Shown here: positions 33,486 through 42,477 of the stretch, piece by piece
How the letters are laid out: each line of letters begins with the position of its first letter
Numbering within the stretch: the first letter of the stretch is position 1
Origin: a virus
Lineage: Duplodnaviria; Caudoviricetes
Length of the DNA: 64,000 bases
Virus record (IMG/VR): IMGVR_UViG_3300025909_000005
Reading direction: 5' to 3' (one strand)
Made by a program: the position numbers and the translations under genes
The notes under the pieces: generated by a model
What the model saw: only the letters and a program-made list of their open reading frames with translations
What the model was told of the DNA's origin: nothing
The model's database searches: none

Positions 33486-33563
33486 GCCCTTGTACGCTAA
33501 TTGGAAGACGCGCGCGAGCTCAAACCTCGTGGGTTGTCGGTTCGAATCCGACCTTGGGTACCA
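33486..33563 (+). tRNA. tRNA-Leu(CAA), short variable loop
   Basis: loop CTCAAAC, CCA. Confidence 0.8.
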
Positions 33564-33714
33564 CCATATGGCATCTCAGATTGAGACCCCACCCCACACT
33601 GATTTGCGATCTGTAGCTTTTACAGATCGCATGTTGTCGTTCCCGGCCCCGCCAGCCGGTGTCCGGATAAATACCCATACGTGCTACGATGTTGTAGCTC
33701 TTCCTCAAGGAATC

Positions 33715-34104
33715 ATGATGACCAAGCTTACCCTCTCCGCTCTTGCGGCAGGCCTCCTCGCCCTCTCGGCAGGTGCCTTCGCAGACGAACCCGTCCTCAA
33801 GGCAACGCCAAACAAGGACGCATACCTCTACTCCAACACATGGGATCGTGCTGACCTTGGCGTCCGTGGCTACGGCTGCGTTCTCCCATGGAAGTACGCA
33901 GGCAAGGTCGCTCTCGGCCACGACACCGTCGTGCGCGTTGAAGTTGGCGACATCACGACCTTCGTCGACTGCCACTACGCACCAGAAGTAGTGAAGCAAA
34001 CTGTCGTCGAACAGACGGTCCAAGTCACCGAAGAACCAGCACCGGCTCCAGCTCCTGAACCAGCTCCAGCACCGGTCGAAACCAAGAAGCGAGTCAAGGA
34101 ATGA
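33715..34104 (+). CDS. secreted late protein with Pro-rich tail
   Basis: late promoter 33668, signal peptide. Confidence 0.75.
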   Translation: MMTKLTLSALAAGLLALSAGAFADEPVLKATPNKDAYLYSNTWDRADLGVRGYGCVLPWKYAGKVALGHDTVVRVEVGDITTFVDCHYAPEVVKQTVVEQTVQVTEEPAPAPAPEPAPAPVETKKRVKE

Positions 34105-34337
34105 CACTTCAACGTCTCAAGGCCGCGATGAAGGACAAGACGCTCTTGCGTCGAGTTCTTCTTCGATATGACGGACGCTACTCAGTTGGCGTCGGCTCAG
34201 AGGGCGATGAGTACGTTCTGAATCTTCATGTTGAACCCACCACACCGCTGTACGACTTCCCATTCGTCATTGACGTCGAAAACGAGATCGTGCGCGTTGT
34301 GGTGAAGGATGACTTCACAGTCCCTGTACTTTCGTAA
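34101..34337 (+). CDS. hypothetical protein
   Basis: ATGA overlap. Confidence 0.6.
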   Translation: MTLQRLKAAMKDKTLLRRVLLRYDGRYSVGVGSEGDEYVLNLHVEPTTPLYDFPFVIDVENEIVRVVVKDDFTVPVLS

Positions 34338-34387
34338 GGGACTTCTCCTAGACACAGAGCCGCAAACGGCGGTCACAGTAAGGAGAG

Positions 34388-34702
34388 ATGATGGACAACA
34401 AGAATCCACCGGACGTACCTCAGCAGCCTGAAACTGAGGAAGAAAAGCTGAAGCGTCTCCAGCAAGAAGCTGAGATTCGCAAGGTTGGCCCGAACGCACC
34501 TGACGTTCACACGGGCGATGACACCGTTGGGGTTGGCATGCCAGCTGCACAGCCAGTTTCGCAAGGCAACTCCCTTCCACAGTCAGCCATTCCTGTGAAG
34601 AGCAAGTTCGAAGGAGCCGACTTCTACAACCCACAGGATGCAGAGAACTCTGCCATCCAGAAGGAGCGCGCTAATAGCGGCGCCCAGAAGACGGAGGAGT
34701 AA
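34388..34702 (+). CDS. hydrophilic hypothetical protein
   Basis: RBS TAAGGAG. Confidence 0.7.
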   Translation: MMDNKNPPDVPQQPETEEEKLKRLQQEAEIRKVGPNAPDVHTGDDTVGVGMPAAQPVSQGNSLPQSAIPVKSKFEGADFYNPQDAENSAIQKERANSGAQKTEE

Positions 34703-35148
34703 TGGACGCAATTCAACTCCTGATCGATGACCACAACGCGGTCAAAGAGAAGTTTGCGCAGTTCGAACACATCGACAACTTGAACAACGCCGACGAGAAG
34801 ATCACGCTGTCACACGAGATCTGTGCTGCTCTAGCCACTCACATGGCGATCGAGGAAGAGCTCTTCTACCCGGCTGCTCGTGCCCTCTTCGACGACAAGG
34901 ACGATGAACTCGTCGATGACGCCGTGAAGGAACACAAGCACGCTCGCTCGTTGATGAAGGACATTCAGACTCTTGAGGTCGGTGTTCGCCTCAATCTCGA
35001 GATGAAGGCGCTCAAGCTCATGATCGAAGACCACGTCAAGGACGAGGAAGGCACCATGTTCCCTAAGCTTCGTCAGCTTGGCATGGAGACGACCCAGCTC
35101 GGTGAAAAGATGGCTCAACGAAAGAAGGAACTTTCACCGAACGTGTGA
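34702..35148 (+). CDS. hemerythrin/HHE cation-binding domain protein
   Basis: LLIDDH, HMAIEEELFYP, EH, HVKDEEGTMFP. Confidence 0.88.
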   Translation: MDAIQLLIDDHNAVKEKFAQFEHIDNLNNADEKITLSHEICAALATHMAIEEELFYPAARALFDDKDDELVDDAVKEHKHARSLMKDIQTLEVGVRLNLEMKALKLMIEDHVKDEEGTMFPKLRQLGMETTQLGEKMAQRKKELSPNV

Positions 35149-35161
35149 TATAATCACCACA

Positions 35162-35564
35162 TGCTCAATCACCCGGCCTAACGCTGGCTTCACGGCTAGA
35201 ACAAGTTCGGGGCTGCACAGGACAGGGCTTGTCGCTCTGTGGAAGAAGCGGTCGTGCGTTGGAAACTGCCTTTAAACTCGAAAGGGTCGGAAGCTCCAGC
35301 AACGTTCAATCGTGGTCGATCTCTCGCGGTAACAGTGAGAGCTCTCTATTGCCACTTTAGCTTTGCTTGACCACAACGACTCCGCAGCAAGTCAAACAGA
35401 CCTCGTCGACGCTGTCCGCTGAGGGGTCGGGTTGATGCACCTATGATCCGGATTGGAACCCGGGGAGGACGTCGGTCACACGGCGTAGTCAAATGTTAGG
35501 AACCATCGGCGGTTGTGAATGCCTGATGGAGAAAGTAGAACCCCGGCTATGAGGTGATTGAGCA
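35162..35564 (+). ncRNA. rnpB: RNase P RNA, bacterial type A-like
   Basis: P1 TGCTCAATCACC/GGTGATTGAGCA; P2 CCTAAC/GTTAGG; P4 AG(T)TCGGGG/CCCCGGCT; P5 GCTGC/GCAGC followed by AAG; P6 GGACA/TGTCC; CR-IV AGTCAAATG; CR-V AGAACCCCGGCTA; own TATAAT promoter. Confidence 0.88.
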
Positions 35565-35706
35565 CCTTTTACAAACACATCTCCATAAAAGAAGCAGATG
35601 AAGCACTTGTCCCTGCTAAATACTAGCAAGGATGAAGTTGAGATTCTTCCCGAATGCCGGTTCCCTCACGGACCCGAGAAGCATTCCAACCTTTTAAGGA
35701 GATGAC

Positions 35707-36267
35707 ATGACTGACATGACCAACAAGGATGCAGCACAGAACTCGGCACCAGATGCCAAGGTTCTTCCTGCTTCCCAGCAGCCAGCAGCAACTGGCACGT
35801 CGACGAACTCGCTGCCTGTGACCCCACAGACCGCTGACGCCGCACACGTTGCCAACGCAAACCTGCCTCGCGCCGCAGTTCCAACCACAAACGCCGTTCC
35901 AACGGCCAAGATGACGGACTCGACGAAGGAAGAGCAGTCGAACCTGAAGTCCATCGTTGACAAGACGAAGGACATGTCGGAGTACGACAAGCAGGAAGCC
36001 TACGCCAAGATGGCTGAGGACAAGCTCGGTGAAGACAGCTACCGCAAGGCAGCTCGTCTCGAACGCGAGCGTGAAGCTGCTCTCGCCGAAGGCGACCCAA
36101 CCCGTGACCCTGTTGCAAAGCAGAAGGCCATGGACATGACGGTCGTCCAGCCAGGCGCAGTTGCTGACGCACAGAAGATCAAGCAAGTCGGCAAGGAAGC
36201 ACTCGCTGATCAAGCGAAGGCACGTGGCACTGACGGCGACGTCAACCCACAGTTCGTTCAGAAGTAA
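35707..36267 (+). CDS. hydrophilic late protein
   Basis: late promoter 35617, RBS TAAGGAG. Confidence 0.75.
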   Translation: MTDMTNKDAAQNSAPDAKVLPASQQPAATGTSTNSLPVTPQTADAAHVANANLPRAAVPTTNAVPTAKMTDSTKEEQSNLKSIVDKTKDMSEYDKQEAYAKMAEDKLGEDSYRKAARLEREREAALAEGDPTRDPVAKQKAMDMTVVQPGAVADAQKIKQVGKEALADQAKARGTDGDVNPQFVQK

Positions 36268-36377
36268 GAAAGATGGGAGGGCTTCGGCTCTCCCACTTCA
36301 GCCCAGGGAGGGCCAGCCACCAAGATGATGGTGGCCAGTGATGTGAAGACGGAGAGTGTTTCCGTCGGGAGACCATC

Positions 36378-36662
36378 ATGGACCTTTGGACCACATGGGC
36401 AGATCACTACGCCTCTGGTGAAGGCCGGACGCTGATGGCCCAGATCTCGTACTGTCAAGACGAGACAGATGCCAGACAGAAATTCAAACAGACTTTCGGG
36501 GACTTCTTCGCAGTTGGCTGTGGAGCGGGCCCCGGTGTCGTTACAAACGCAGTGACGAACTACCTGTTCTCCGAGCGTCACCTGCACCTGATCAAGTCAG
36601 AAGTAGGAAATGCAAAGAGCTTGGACACTCACGTGCAGTTTCATATCAGCTTCGTCCAGTAA
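36378..36662 (+). CDS. hypothetical protein
   Basis: RBS GGGAG. Confidence 0.7.
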   Translation: MDLWTTWADHYASGEGRTLMAQISYCQDETDARQKFKQTFGDFFAVGCGAGPGVVTNAVTNYLFSERHLHLIKSEVGNAKSLDTHVQFHISFVQ

Positions 36663-36690
36663 ATAGAAGTTCCAGATACAGGAGACTTAC

Positions 36691-36942
36691 ATGAAGGTAG
36701 ATGAACTGTTCGAGGCGAAGTGGTCAGCGGACGTCAAGGAGAAGAAGCACCCTCCAGAGGGACTCTTCAAGGATGGCTCAGCTGAAAAGATTGCAGCGTG
36801 GGCATTGAAGTCGCATGGTGGAGACAAGGCAAAGGCCATGGCTTCCCTGAACTTCTACAACAACCGCGCAGGCAAGAACGAAAGCGCAGAAATCAAGGCG
36901 AAGGTAAACGCCGCAAAGAAGATTGTTTCCGCCAAGGAATAA
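36691..36942 (+). CDS. DUF3175-like late protein (paralog of 31959)
   Basis: AKWS...SLNFYNNRAGKN; late promoter. Confidence 0.65.
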   Translation: MKVDELFEAKWSADVKEKKHPPEGLFKDGSAEKIAAWALKSHGGDKAKAMASLNFYNNRAGKNESAEIKAKVNAAKKIVSAKE

Positions 36943-37010
36943 CAAACTTTGAGATGATAGACATAGACTCCAATCCTTGGAGCCCATGTTCAATTGATGA
37001 AGGAATTACC

Positions 37011-37523
37011 ATGAAGAAGACTCTTGTAGCAGTCGCCGTAGCGGCATTGTCGCTCGGCGCGTTTGCGCAAACCGCACAGACGCAAACCATCCAAGTGCAG
37101 CACCACGAGGAACACCACGATCGCGATCGTCATGATGATCGTCGTGGTGACCGTGATGGCGATCATCGCGGTTGGCACCGTGACAACCACGGCAACTGGG
37201 TTCGTGACCTCGCAATCGGCGCCGGCATCGGCCTGTTGATCAACGGCATCGAACACAACAACGAAGCAGCTCAGCAAGATCAATGGCGTGACCGCGAAGA
37301 GTGGCGCCACCGCTACCATCGTTGGGATCGTGGCTACTACCTCGACGACAACGATCAGCCATACATCGAGCCAACTGTCACCGTGTCCTACGAGTGGGAC
37401 CGCTACGGTCGCAAAATCCGTGTAACGCGTACCCAAACTTGTGTAGAATCTACACTGGATGCGTATGACAACGCCGTGTGCACCCGCTGGGAAATCACGA
37501 CTGAACGTCGTTACGTTCGCTAA
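37011..37523 (+). CDS. secreted His/Arg/Asp-rich protein with glycine-zipper-like segment
   Basis: signal peptide, HHDRDRHDDRRGD, LAIGAGIGLLING. Confidence 0.75.
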   Translation: MKKTLVAVAVAALSLGAFAQTAQTQTIQVQHHEEHHDRDRHDDRRGDRDGDHRGWHRDNHGNWVRDLAIGAGIGLLINGIEHNNEAAQQDQWRDREEWRHRYHRWDRGYYLDDNDQPYIEPTVTVSYEWDRYGRKIRVTRTQTCVESTLDAYDNAVCTRWEITTERRYVR

Positions 37524-37582
37524 ATCTACGGAGGGGCTTTCGCCTCTCCTAGAAGTTCTCACTAACCATGGAGATGAATGAG

Positions 37583-37891
37583 ATGATCAAGACCCTTATT
37601 GTAGCTGCGCTTGCAGCAATGTCCCTCGGCGCAGTCGCTGCCGAAACCGTCGTCACAAAGACGGTGGACACCCACCATGAAATGCGTGATCAAGGTCGCC
37701 ATGAAGGCCACCCATACCGCCATGACATGGGCCACCACTACGGCTGGCGCCATCACCGTCACCACCGCCACGTAGTGGTCGTGCGTGACACGGAAGTGCG
37801 TCACATGCACCGTCACCACCGCCATCACATGATGCGCGACGGCAGCGTTGATCGCCATGTCGTTGTAACGAAGGACGTGCACTCGCACTAA
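37583..37891 (+). CDS. secreted His-rich protein
   Basis: signal peptide, about 25% His. Confidence 0.7.
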   Translation: MIKTLIVAALAAMSLGAVAAETVVTKTVDTHHEMRDQGRHEGHPYRHDMGHHYGWRHHRHHRHVVVVRDTEVRHMHRHHRHHMMRDGSVDRHVVVTKDVHSH

Positions 37892-37972
37892 GAAAACGCG
37901 GTGGTTGAAAGACCACCCGTAAATACTTCGTGAGCGGCAATTCCGCGGCTCAACGTTGATTAGGAGACTCAC

Positions 37973-38149
37973 ATGCTGTACTACGCACTTGTCTTCTTTG
38001 TCATCGCCGTTATCGCTGGTCTGCTTGGCTTTGGTGTCATCGCCACTGCTGCTGCCGGCGTAGCGAAGATCCTCTTCTGGATCTTCCTGGTTGTCTTCCT
38101 CGTCGCGCTCGTCGTGGGCATGATGGGTGGACGTGGGCCAAGGCTGTAA
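37973..38149 (+). CDS. DUF1328 (UPF0391) small membrane protein
   Basis: [40 protein letters not shown]; late promoter, RBS TAGGAG. Confidence 0.88.
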   Translation: MLYYALVFFVIAVIAGLLGFGVIATAAAGVAKILFWIFLVVFLVALVVGMMGGRGPRL

Positions 38150-38167
38150 CGACGTCGCAAAGACACC

Positions 38168-38189
38168 AAAGGACCTTCGGGTCCTTTTT
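38168..38189 (+). terminator. intrinsic terminator with TTCG loop
   Basis: AAAGGACC-TTCG-GGTCCTTTTT. Confidence 0.85.
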
Positions 38190-38325
38190 CTTTGCCCGCC
38201 TCAATCAGGCTAACCTCATGTACTTCGAACACAGCAGGTTGTACAATGAACCTCTGAGCGTATAAATAGACCGTCGCGAACGAGCGACAGTGTTTCATTT
38301 TACAGTTTCGTTTGAAAGGTTTTCC

Positions 38326-39378
38326 ATGAAGAACTACGTAGGCATGTCCCGTGACCACTCCTCGTCAATGCAAGGGATCGCCAAGGCCGCAATGGCCGAC
38401 TACAACGGTACCGTCAACGCCATCAAGGCCGGCGCCGTGGCAAACAACCAAGACACCATTCTGTCAACGGTCCGTTTCGCCAACCGAGTTCAACGCGAAC
38501 TCGTCAACTCCAACGTTCAAGTCTTTCAGCCCATCACGAGCTACCCTGCGAACGGCATGACTGCGCTGTGGGACTCCATCTGGGAACTGATGGACATCAT
38601 GGAGTCGGTACCTGATGCCGACGACCCGAACGTTTCGTTTCTGATCCTCGCCACCACCGACGGCGAAGAGAACAACTCCGATCACACCATCGATCAACTG
38701 CTTGCGCGTATGTACGAGAAGACCCGTACGGACCGCTGGACGTTCGTGTTCCGTGTGCCACGTGGTGCTGCACGTCGTCTGATCCAGCTGGGCATCCCAG
38801 AGGGCAACGTCCTCGAGTGGGACACGACCTCGCGCGGCATGGCAGTCGCTCAACAGCAGAGCGAGCAGGCCTTCACGCAGTACTTCAACGACCGCTCGAC
38901 GGGCATGAAGTCGACGACGAAGTTCTACGCGAACCTCGCCGACGTCTCCATCAAGGACATCCAGCAGTACGCTGCCAACGGTGACCTCACCGACATCTCT
39001 AGCGAGGTCAAGTACTTCCCTGTCTCCAACATCGAGGCCGGCACGGCGATCCGTGACTTCGTCGAGCAGAAGACGGGTGCTCCTCTCCTGAAGGGCGCCG
39101 CGTTCTACCAGCTCGTGAAGACGGAACCGAAGGTGCAGGCCAACAAGCGCATCGCGATCCGCAACAAGACGACCGGCGCGGTCTACGCAGGCGACGCTGC
39201 ACGCCAGATGCTGGCTCTCCCGCTGATCGGCACGGTGCGTCTCGCGCCTGACGAGCTCGGCGACTTCGAGGTCTTCATTCAGTCCACCTCCGTGAACCGC
39301 AAGGTCGACGGTGGCACCAAGCTGATGTACTGGGACCAAGTCGGCAAGGCCTTCAAGGAAGGTCCGTCGGCACGCTGA
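38326..39378 (+). CDS. vWA-domain protein
   Basis: DHSSSMQG, GMTALWD, ATTDGEEN. Confidence 0.82.
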   Translation: MKNYVGMSRDHSSSMQGIAKAAMADYNGTVNAIKAGAVANNQDTILSTVRFANRVQRELVNSNVQVFQPITSYPANGMTALWDSIWELMDIMESVPDADDPNVSFLILATTDGEENNSDHTIDQLLARMYEKTRTDRWTFVFRVPRGAARRLIQLGIPEGNVLEWDTTSRGMAVAQQQSEQAFTQYFNDRSTGMKSTTKFYANLADVSIKDIQQYAANGDLTDISSEVKYFPVSNIEAGTAIRDFVEQKTGAPLLKGAAFYQLVKTEPKVQANKRIAIRNKTTGAVYAGDAARQMLALPLIGTVRLAPDELGDFEVFIQSTSVNRKVDGGTKLMYWDQVGKAFKEGPSAR

Positions 39379-39380
39379 TC

Positions 39381-39986
39381 ATGCGTACCTACGACTTCGA
39401 CGAAGTTGCTAACAGATTGCTGGCCTCCGGAGACGGGGTCAGCCTTCTCAAGCACCTCTACCGTGATGAACTGGAGAAACAACAAATGTTCGACAAGCAA
39501 GCTCAGCGCGCCCGCGCTCAATCCCTCACTGACTCCCTCGCAGCCCAAGGCCTCGTTCCGCCCAAGCTCCCTGTCCCAGCGCCAACTCCTCGTGTGGTGG
39601 TGGCTACGCCAGAACAGGCGCAACAAGACCGTGACGCGTTCAAGCGTCAGTACGGCAAGTCCTGGCCGTTCCCTACCGGTCTCGCAGCGCCAGTGACGCA
39701 GTCGCCTCCCTTCCCGAGCGGCCCGCTCGATGAGCCGTCGGTGCCTGGTACGAAGCGGAAGGCAGCTCGCTTCGTCAAGGACGCGGCTGACAAGACGCTG
39801 CACATCGGCGACAAGGTGGCCTGCTCGCAGTACATGGGCTCGGCCCTCTTGATCGGTGTCGTCACCGGCTTCACGCCGAAGATGGTCCGCCTGGAGGTCA
39901 ACAAGCCTTCGTACGATCGCCGCACACGTCAGCGCAGACCGACTCGCAGCGTCGTCAAGAACCGTCTCTACATCGTCAAGATCTGA
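39381..39986 (+). CDS. hypothetical protein with Pro-rich linker and C-terminal SH3/KOW-like region
   Basis: IGDKVA..GVVTGFTPKMVRL. Confidence 0.65.
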   Translation: MRTYDFDEVANRLLASGDGVSLLKHLYRDELEKQQMFDKQAQRARAQSLTDSLAAQGLVPPKLPVPAPTPRVVVATPEQAQQDRDAFKRQYGKSWPFPTGLAAPVTQSPPFPSGPLDEPSVPGTKRKAARFVKDAADKTLHIGDKVACSQYMGSALLIGVVTGFTPKMVRLEVNKPSYDRRTRQRRPTRSVVKNRLYIVKI

Positions 39987-40792
39987 TGAGCTGGCTGATC
40001 ATCGGTTCAGTGGCGGCGTACCACTGGTTTCCCGACTACCGCGAGCCGCACGACCTTGACCTGCTGACACCGGCAGGCATCACGTCAAGCGACCTCAGCG
40101 AGTGCTTCGTGGACGCGCAGTGGCACGACGCGGCCAAGCTGGTGATGACCTACTCAGTTGACAAGGTCTTCGCGGACCCAAACGTCCTCTTCACTCTCAA
40201 GGTGTCTCACGCAAATTGGGACATCAAGTGGAAGAAGACGATGTGGGACATTGGCTTCCTCAAGAAGAAGGGGTGCACGCTCATCCTTCCTCTTCACGAG
40301 GAACTGACGAAGGTCTGGAAGGTGGTGCACGGGAAGAAGCGCGTCAACATGCGCCAATCTCGTGAGACCTTCTGGAAGGACGCTGTTGTTCGCATCTACG
40401 ACCACGAGGACCTACACACCCTCGTGGCGTTCTATGATCGCCCACTTCACGAGACGATTCGCCCAGATCCAGAGACGGTGTGGTGTTCGGTTGAGACCTT
40501 CAACAGCCTCGACCCTGAGGTGCAGTACGAGCTGTGCCTCGAAGAGATGATGGCCACTGCGATCGAACGGTCGCGGCTGACCCCCGAAAGTTCGCGCATT
40601 GACAAGCTTCAGGCAATGTCAAACGCGTACTTCAAGTTGTGCACGTCAATGACCACGGGCTGGTTTGCACGGCACTTGATTTTGAACCAAAGAGAACTTT
40701 TGTCCGAAAGGAAAGAGAAATGGATGAACAAGCTGAACTCAGCCCTGAGCAATCTATCCTCCTTGCCGGTACTGACCCCGGCAAATGGATGA
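39986..40792 (+). CDS. phage nucleotidyltransferase-like protein
   Basis: N-terminal IIGS..(HDLDLL) GS/DxD pattern; HEDLH. Confidence 0.6.
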   Translation: MSWLIIGSVAAYHWFPDYREPHDLDLLTPAGITSSDLSECFVDAQWHDAAKLVMTYSVDKVFADPNVLFTLKVSHANWDIKWKKTMWDIGFLKKKGCTLILPLHEELTKVWKVVHGKKRVNMRQSRETFWKDAVVRIYDHEDLHTLVAFYDRPLHETIRPDPETVWCSVETFNSLDPEVQYELCLEEMMATAIERSRLTPESSRIDKLQAMSNAYFKLCTSMTTGWFARHLILNQRELLSERKEKWMNKLNSALSNLSSLPVLTPANG

Positions 40793-41133
40793 ACGCGTAC
40801 ATCGACCAGTTCGAGCTGCGCCAAGAAGGGCGCTGGCGCGCCGGTCAGCCCGACATGTACGAACTGGAAGACGCTGACGACTTGCTCGGCGGGCTGCGCC
40901 CGTACCTCGTGCACTCAGAGGGAGGTGGTGAGGGTGAAGGCGAGTCGGTTGACCGCGTCTTCGCAATTGCGGCACCTGGTCTTTCACTATCGGACGGTAA
41001 GGTCGATGGTGCCCTCGCCTACGTGCGTATCACCGGCTACTACACCTCCGAAGAAGGTACGGAATGGGACAGCAGTTGGGAACCCGTCGAGCCGCGCGCG
41101 GTCGTGGTGACTCAGTACTTCAACAAGGGCTGA
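40789..41133 (+). CDS. acidic hypothetical protein
   Basis: ATGA overlap; GGGEGEGE motif. Confidence 0.65.
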   Translation: MNAYIDQFELRQEGRWRAGQPDMYELEDADDLLGGLRPYLVHSEGGGEGEGESVDRVFAIAAPGLSLSDGKVDGALAYVRITGYYTSEEGTEWDSSWEPVEPRAVVVTQYFNKG

Positions 41134-41134
41134 C

Positions 41135-41527
41135 ATGACACAAGACAACAGCAACGCAGCAATCGCTGACCGGCAGCTGAAGTGGCTCGAGGCTTTCCTC
41201 GAGAAGCACGAGATCGAACAGTACGATGTTGACGAACTTCGCTCGCAGCTCGAAGACGAGGATGCAGAAGTTCTCGAGCACGAGGGCCTGACTCTCGTCG
41301 AAGTCGACTCGAACGGCGGCTACGAAGGTGGCGGCGAGGACCAAGACGTCACGTTCGCCGTGGTGTCTGTAGAGGATGCCAAGGACTTCAACTTGATGCG
41401 TGACGTCAACAAGGCGCTCACGTTCGTGCAGGCCTCAGGCCCATTCGACTCGTGGGGCGGTGAGGAGTGGAATGACTGGGAAGTCATGAAGCCCGTTCCC
41501 TCGTACGTTTTCCATCCTTTCGTGTAA
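41135..41527 (+). CDS. acidic hypothetical protein (probable paralog of previous)
   Basis: GGYEGGGE..F...G..SW.G.EW. Confidence 0.7.
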   Translation: MTQDNSNAAIADRQLKWLEAFLEKHEIEQYDVDELRSQLEDEDAEVLEHEGLTLVEVDSNGGYEGGGEDQDVTFAVVSVEDAKDFNLMRDVNKALTFVQASGPFDSWGGEEWNDWEVMKPVPSYVFHPFV

Positions 41528-41561
41528 AAGGTGGTATAATGGTCAGATAGAAAGGAACGAC

Positions 41562-41765
41562 ATGAAAACTTCCCCTATCTGGCACCAAGCCTGGATTCGT
41601 CCAGGTGTCTACGAAAACTTCCACGGCGGTGCACCGATCCAACTCAAGGGCCACATGCACGGCCAGTGGAATCCCTCCAGCGGGGTGTTCACGTTTGCTG
41701 GCCGAGATGGTCAGAACGTGGTCCTCGCCAACTCGGAGCAGTTGGAGATTGAAGATGACGAGTGA
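41562..41765 (+). CDS. hypothetical protein
   Basis: TGGTATAAT promoter, RBS AAGGA. Confidence 0.65.
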   Translation: MKTSPIWHQAWIRPGVYENFHGGAPIQLKGHMHGQWNPSSGVFTFAGRDGQNVVLANSEQLEIEDDE

Positions 41766-41979
41766 AGCTGAGCGTCTGTGGGCAGGTTTCATTCAGCTCT
41801 TGAATGAGCGGCGGCCCCTCGGCAAGCACGATGACTTCATCCCGCACAAGTCGTTCATCGGCCCGATCGACGGCTACAAGAAGATCTTCCTCGAAGCTGC
41901 TCGTAACATGGACAAGGAAGAAAGTGGGATACAGCACAACATTTCTGGGGCTGGCGAAGTTCCGCAAACCCCTGACTGA
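41755..41979 (+). CDS. hypothetical protein
   Basis: RBS GGAG. Confidence 0.5.
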   Translation: MTSEAERLWAGFIQLLNERRPLGKHDDFIPHKSFIGPIDGYKKIFLEAARNMDKEESGIQHNISGAGEVPQTPD

Positions 41980-42286
41980 CGAGCAGCTCGGTATCATCCA
42001 GAGCTACATCGACGACGAGAGCGCAGACCTCGAGCTGGCTGGTCGAGATGAGGACGGCAACTGGATCGACTACGATGCACTGAAGTGGAACGGAGCCGAG
42101 AAGACCTACGACATGGTCAGGTGGCTCTTCGAAATTGGCGAGCTCCTGCAGGAGAACGATCCTGAGCAGGGCTTTGCTGATGGCTACCTCGAGGCGTACG
42201 GCGAAAGCGCGGGCGACCTGTGGTGTGTCAAGTTCAAGGATGGCCTCGCCTACGAGGTCGGCGCAAAGTTGGTACCAGACGAATAG
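41924..42286 (+). CDS. hypothetical phage protein (MGYST.F family); ends in TAG
   Basis: GTG start after AAGGA; LKWNGAEKTY..GESAGDLW. Confidence 0.65.
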   Translation: MGYSTTFLGLAKFRKPLTDEQLGIIQSYIDDESADLELAGRDEDGNWIDYDALKWNGAEKTYDMVRWLFEIGELLQENDPEQGFADGYLEAYGESAGDLWCVKFKDGLAYEVGAKLVPDE

Positions 42287-42295
42287 GAGAGAAGC

Positions 42296-42403
42296 ATGAA
42301 GCAAGAAATGGCAGCAATGAATGTCGCGAGCATCGTCGCGATGGTCCTGTCGGCAGGCCTGATCGTTGGCCTGATCTGGGCCGCGGTCCACTTCTATGGT
42401 TGA
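42296..42403 (+). CDS. 35-aa membrane peptide
   Basis: RBS TAGGAG, one TM helix. Confidence 0.55.
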   Translation: MKQEMAAMNVASIVAMVLSAGLIVGLIWAAVHFYG

Positions 42404-42477
42404 GGTGAGCTGCGCGTAACGTTGTACTTTTGCGGTCGGTGTGGATATAATCTATTCATACCAACGGAGTTAGTCAA

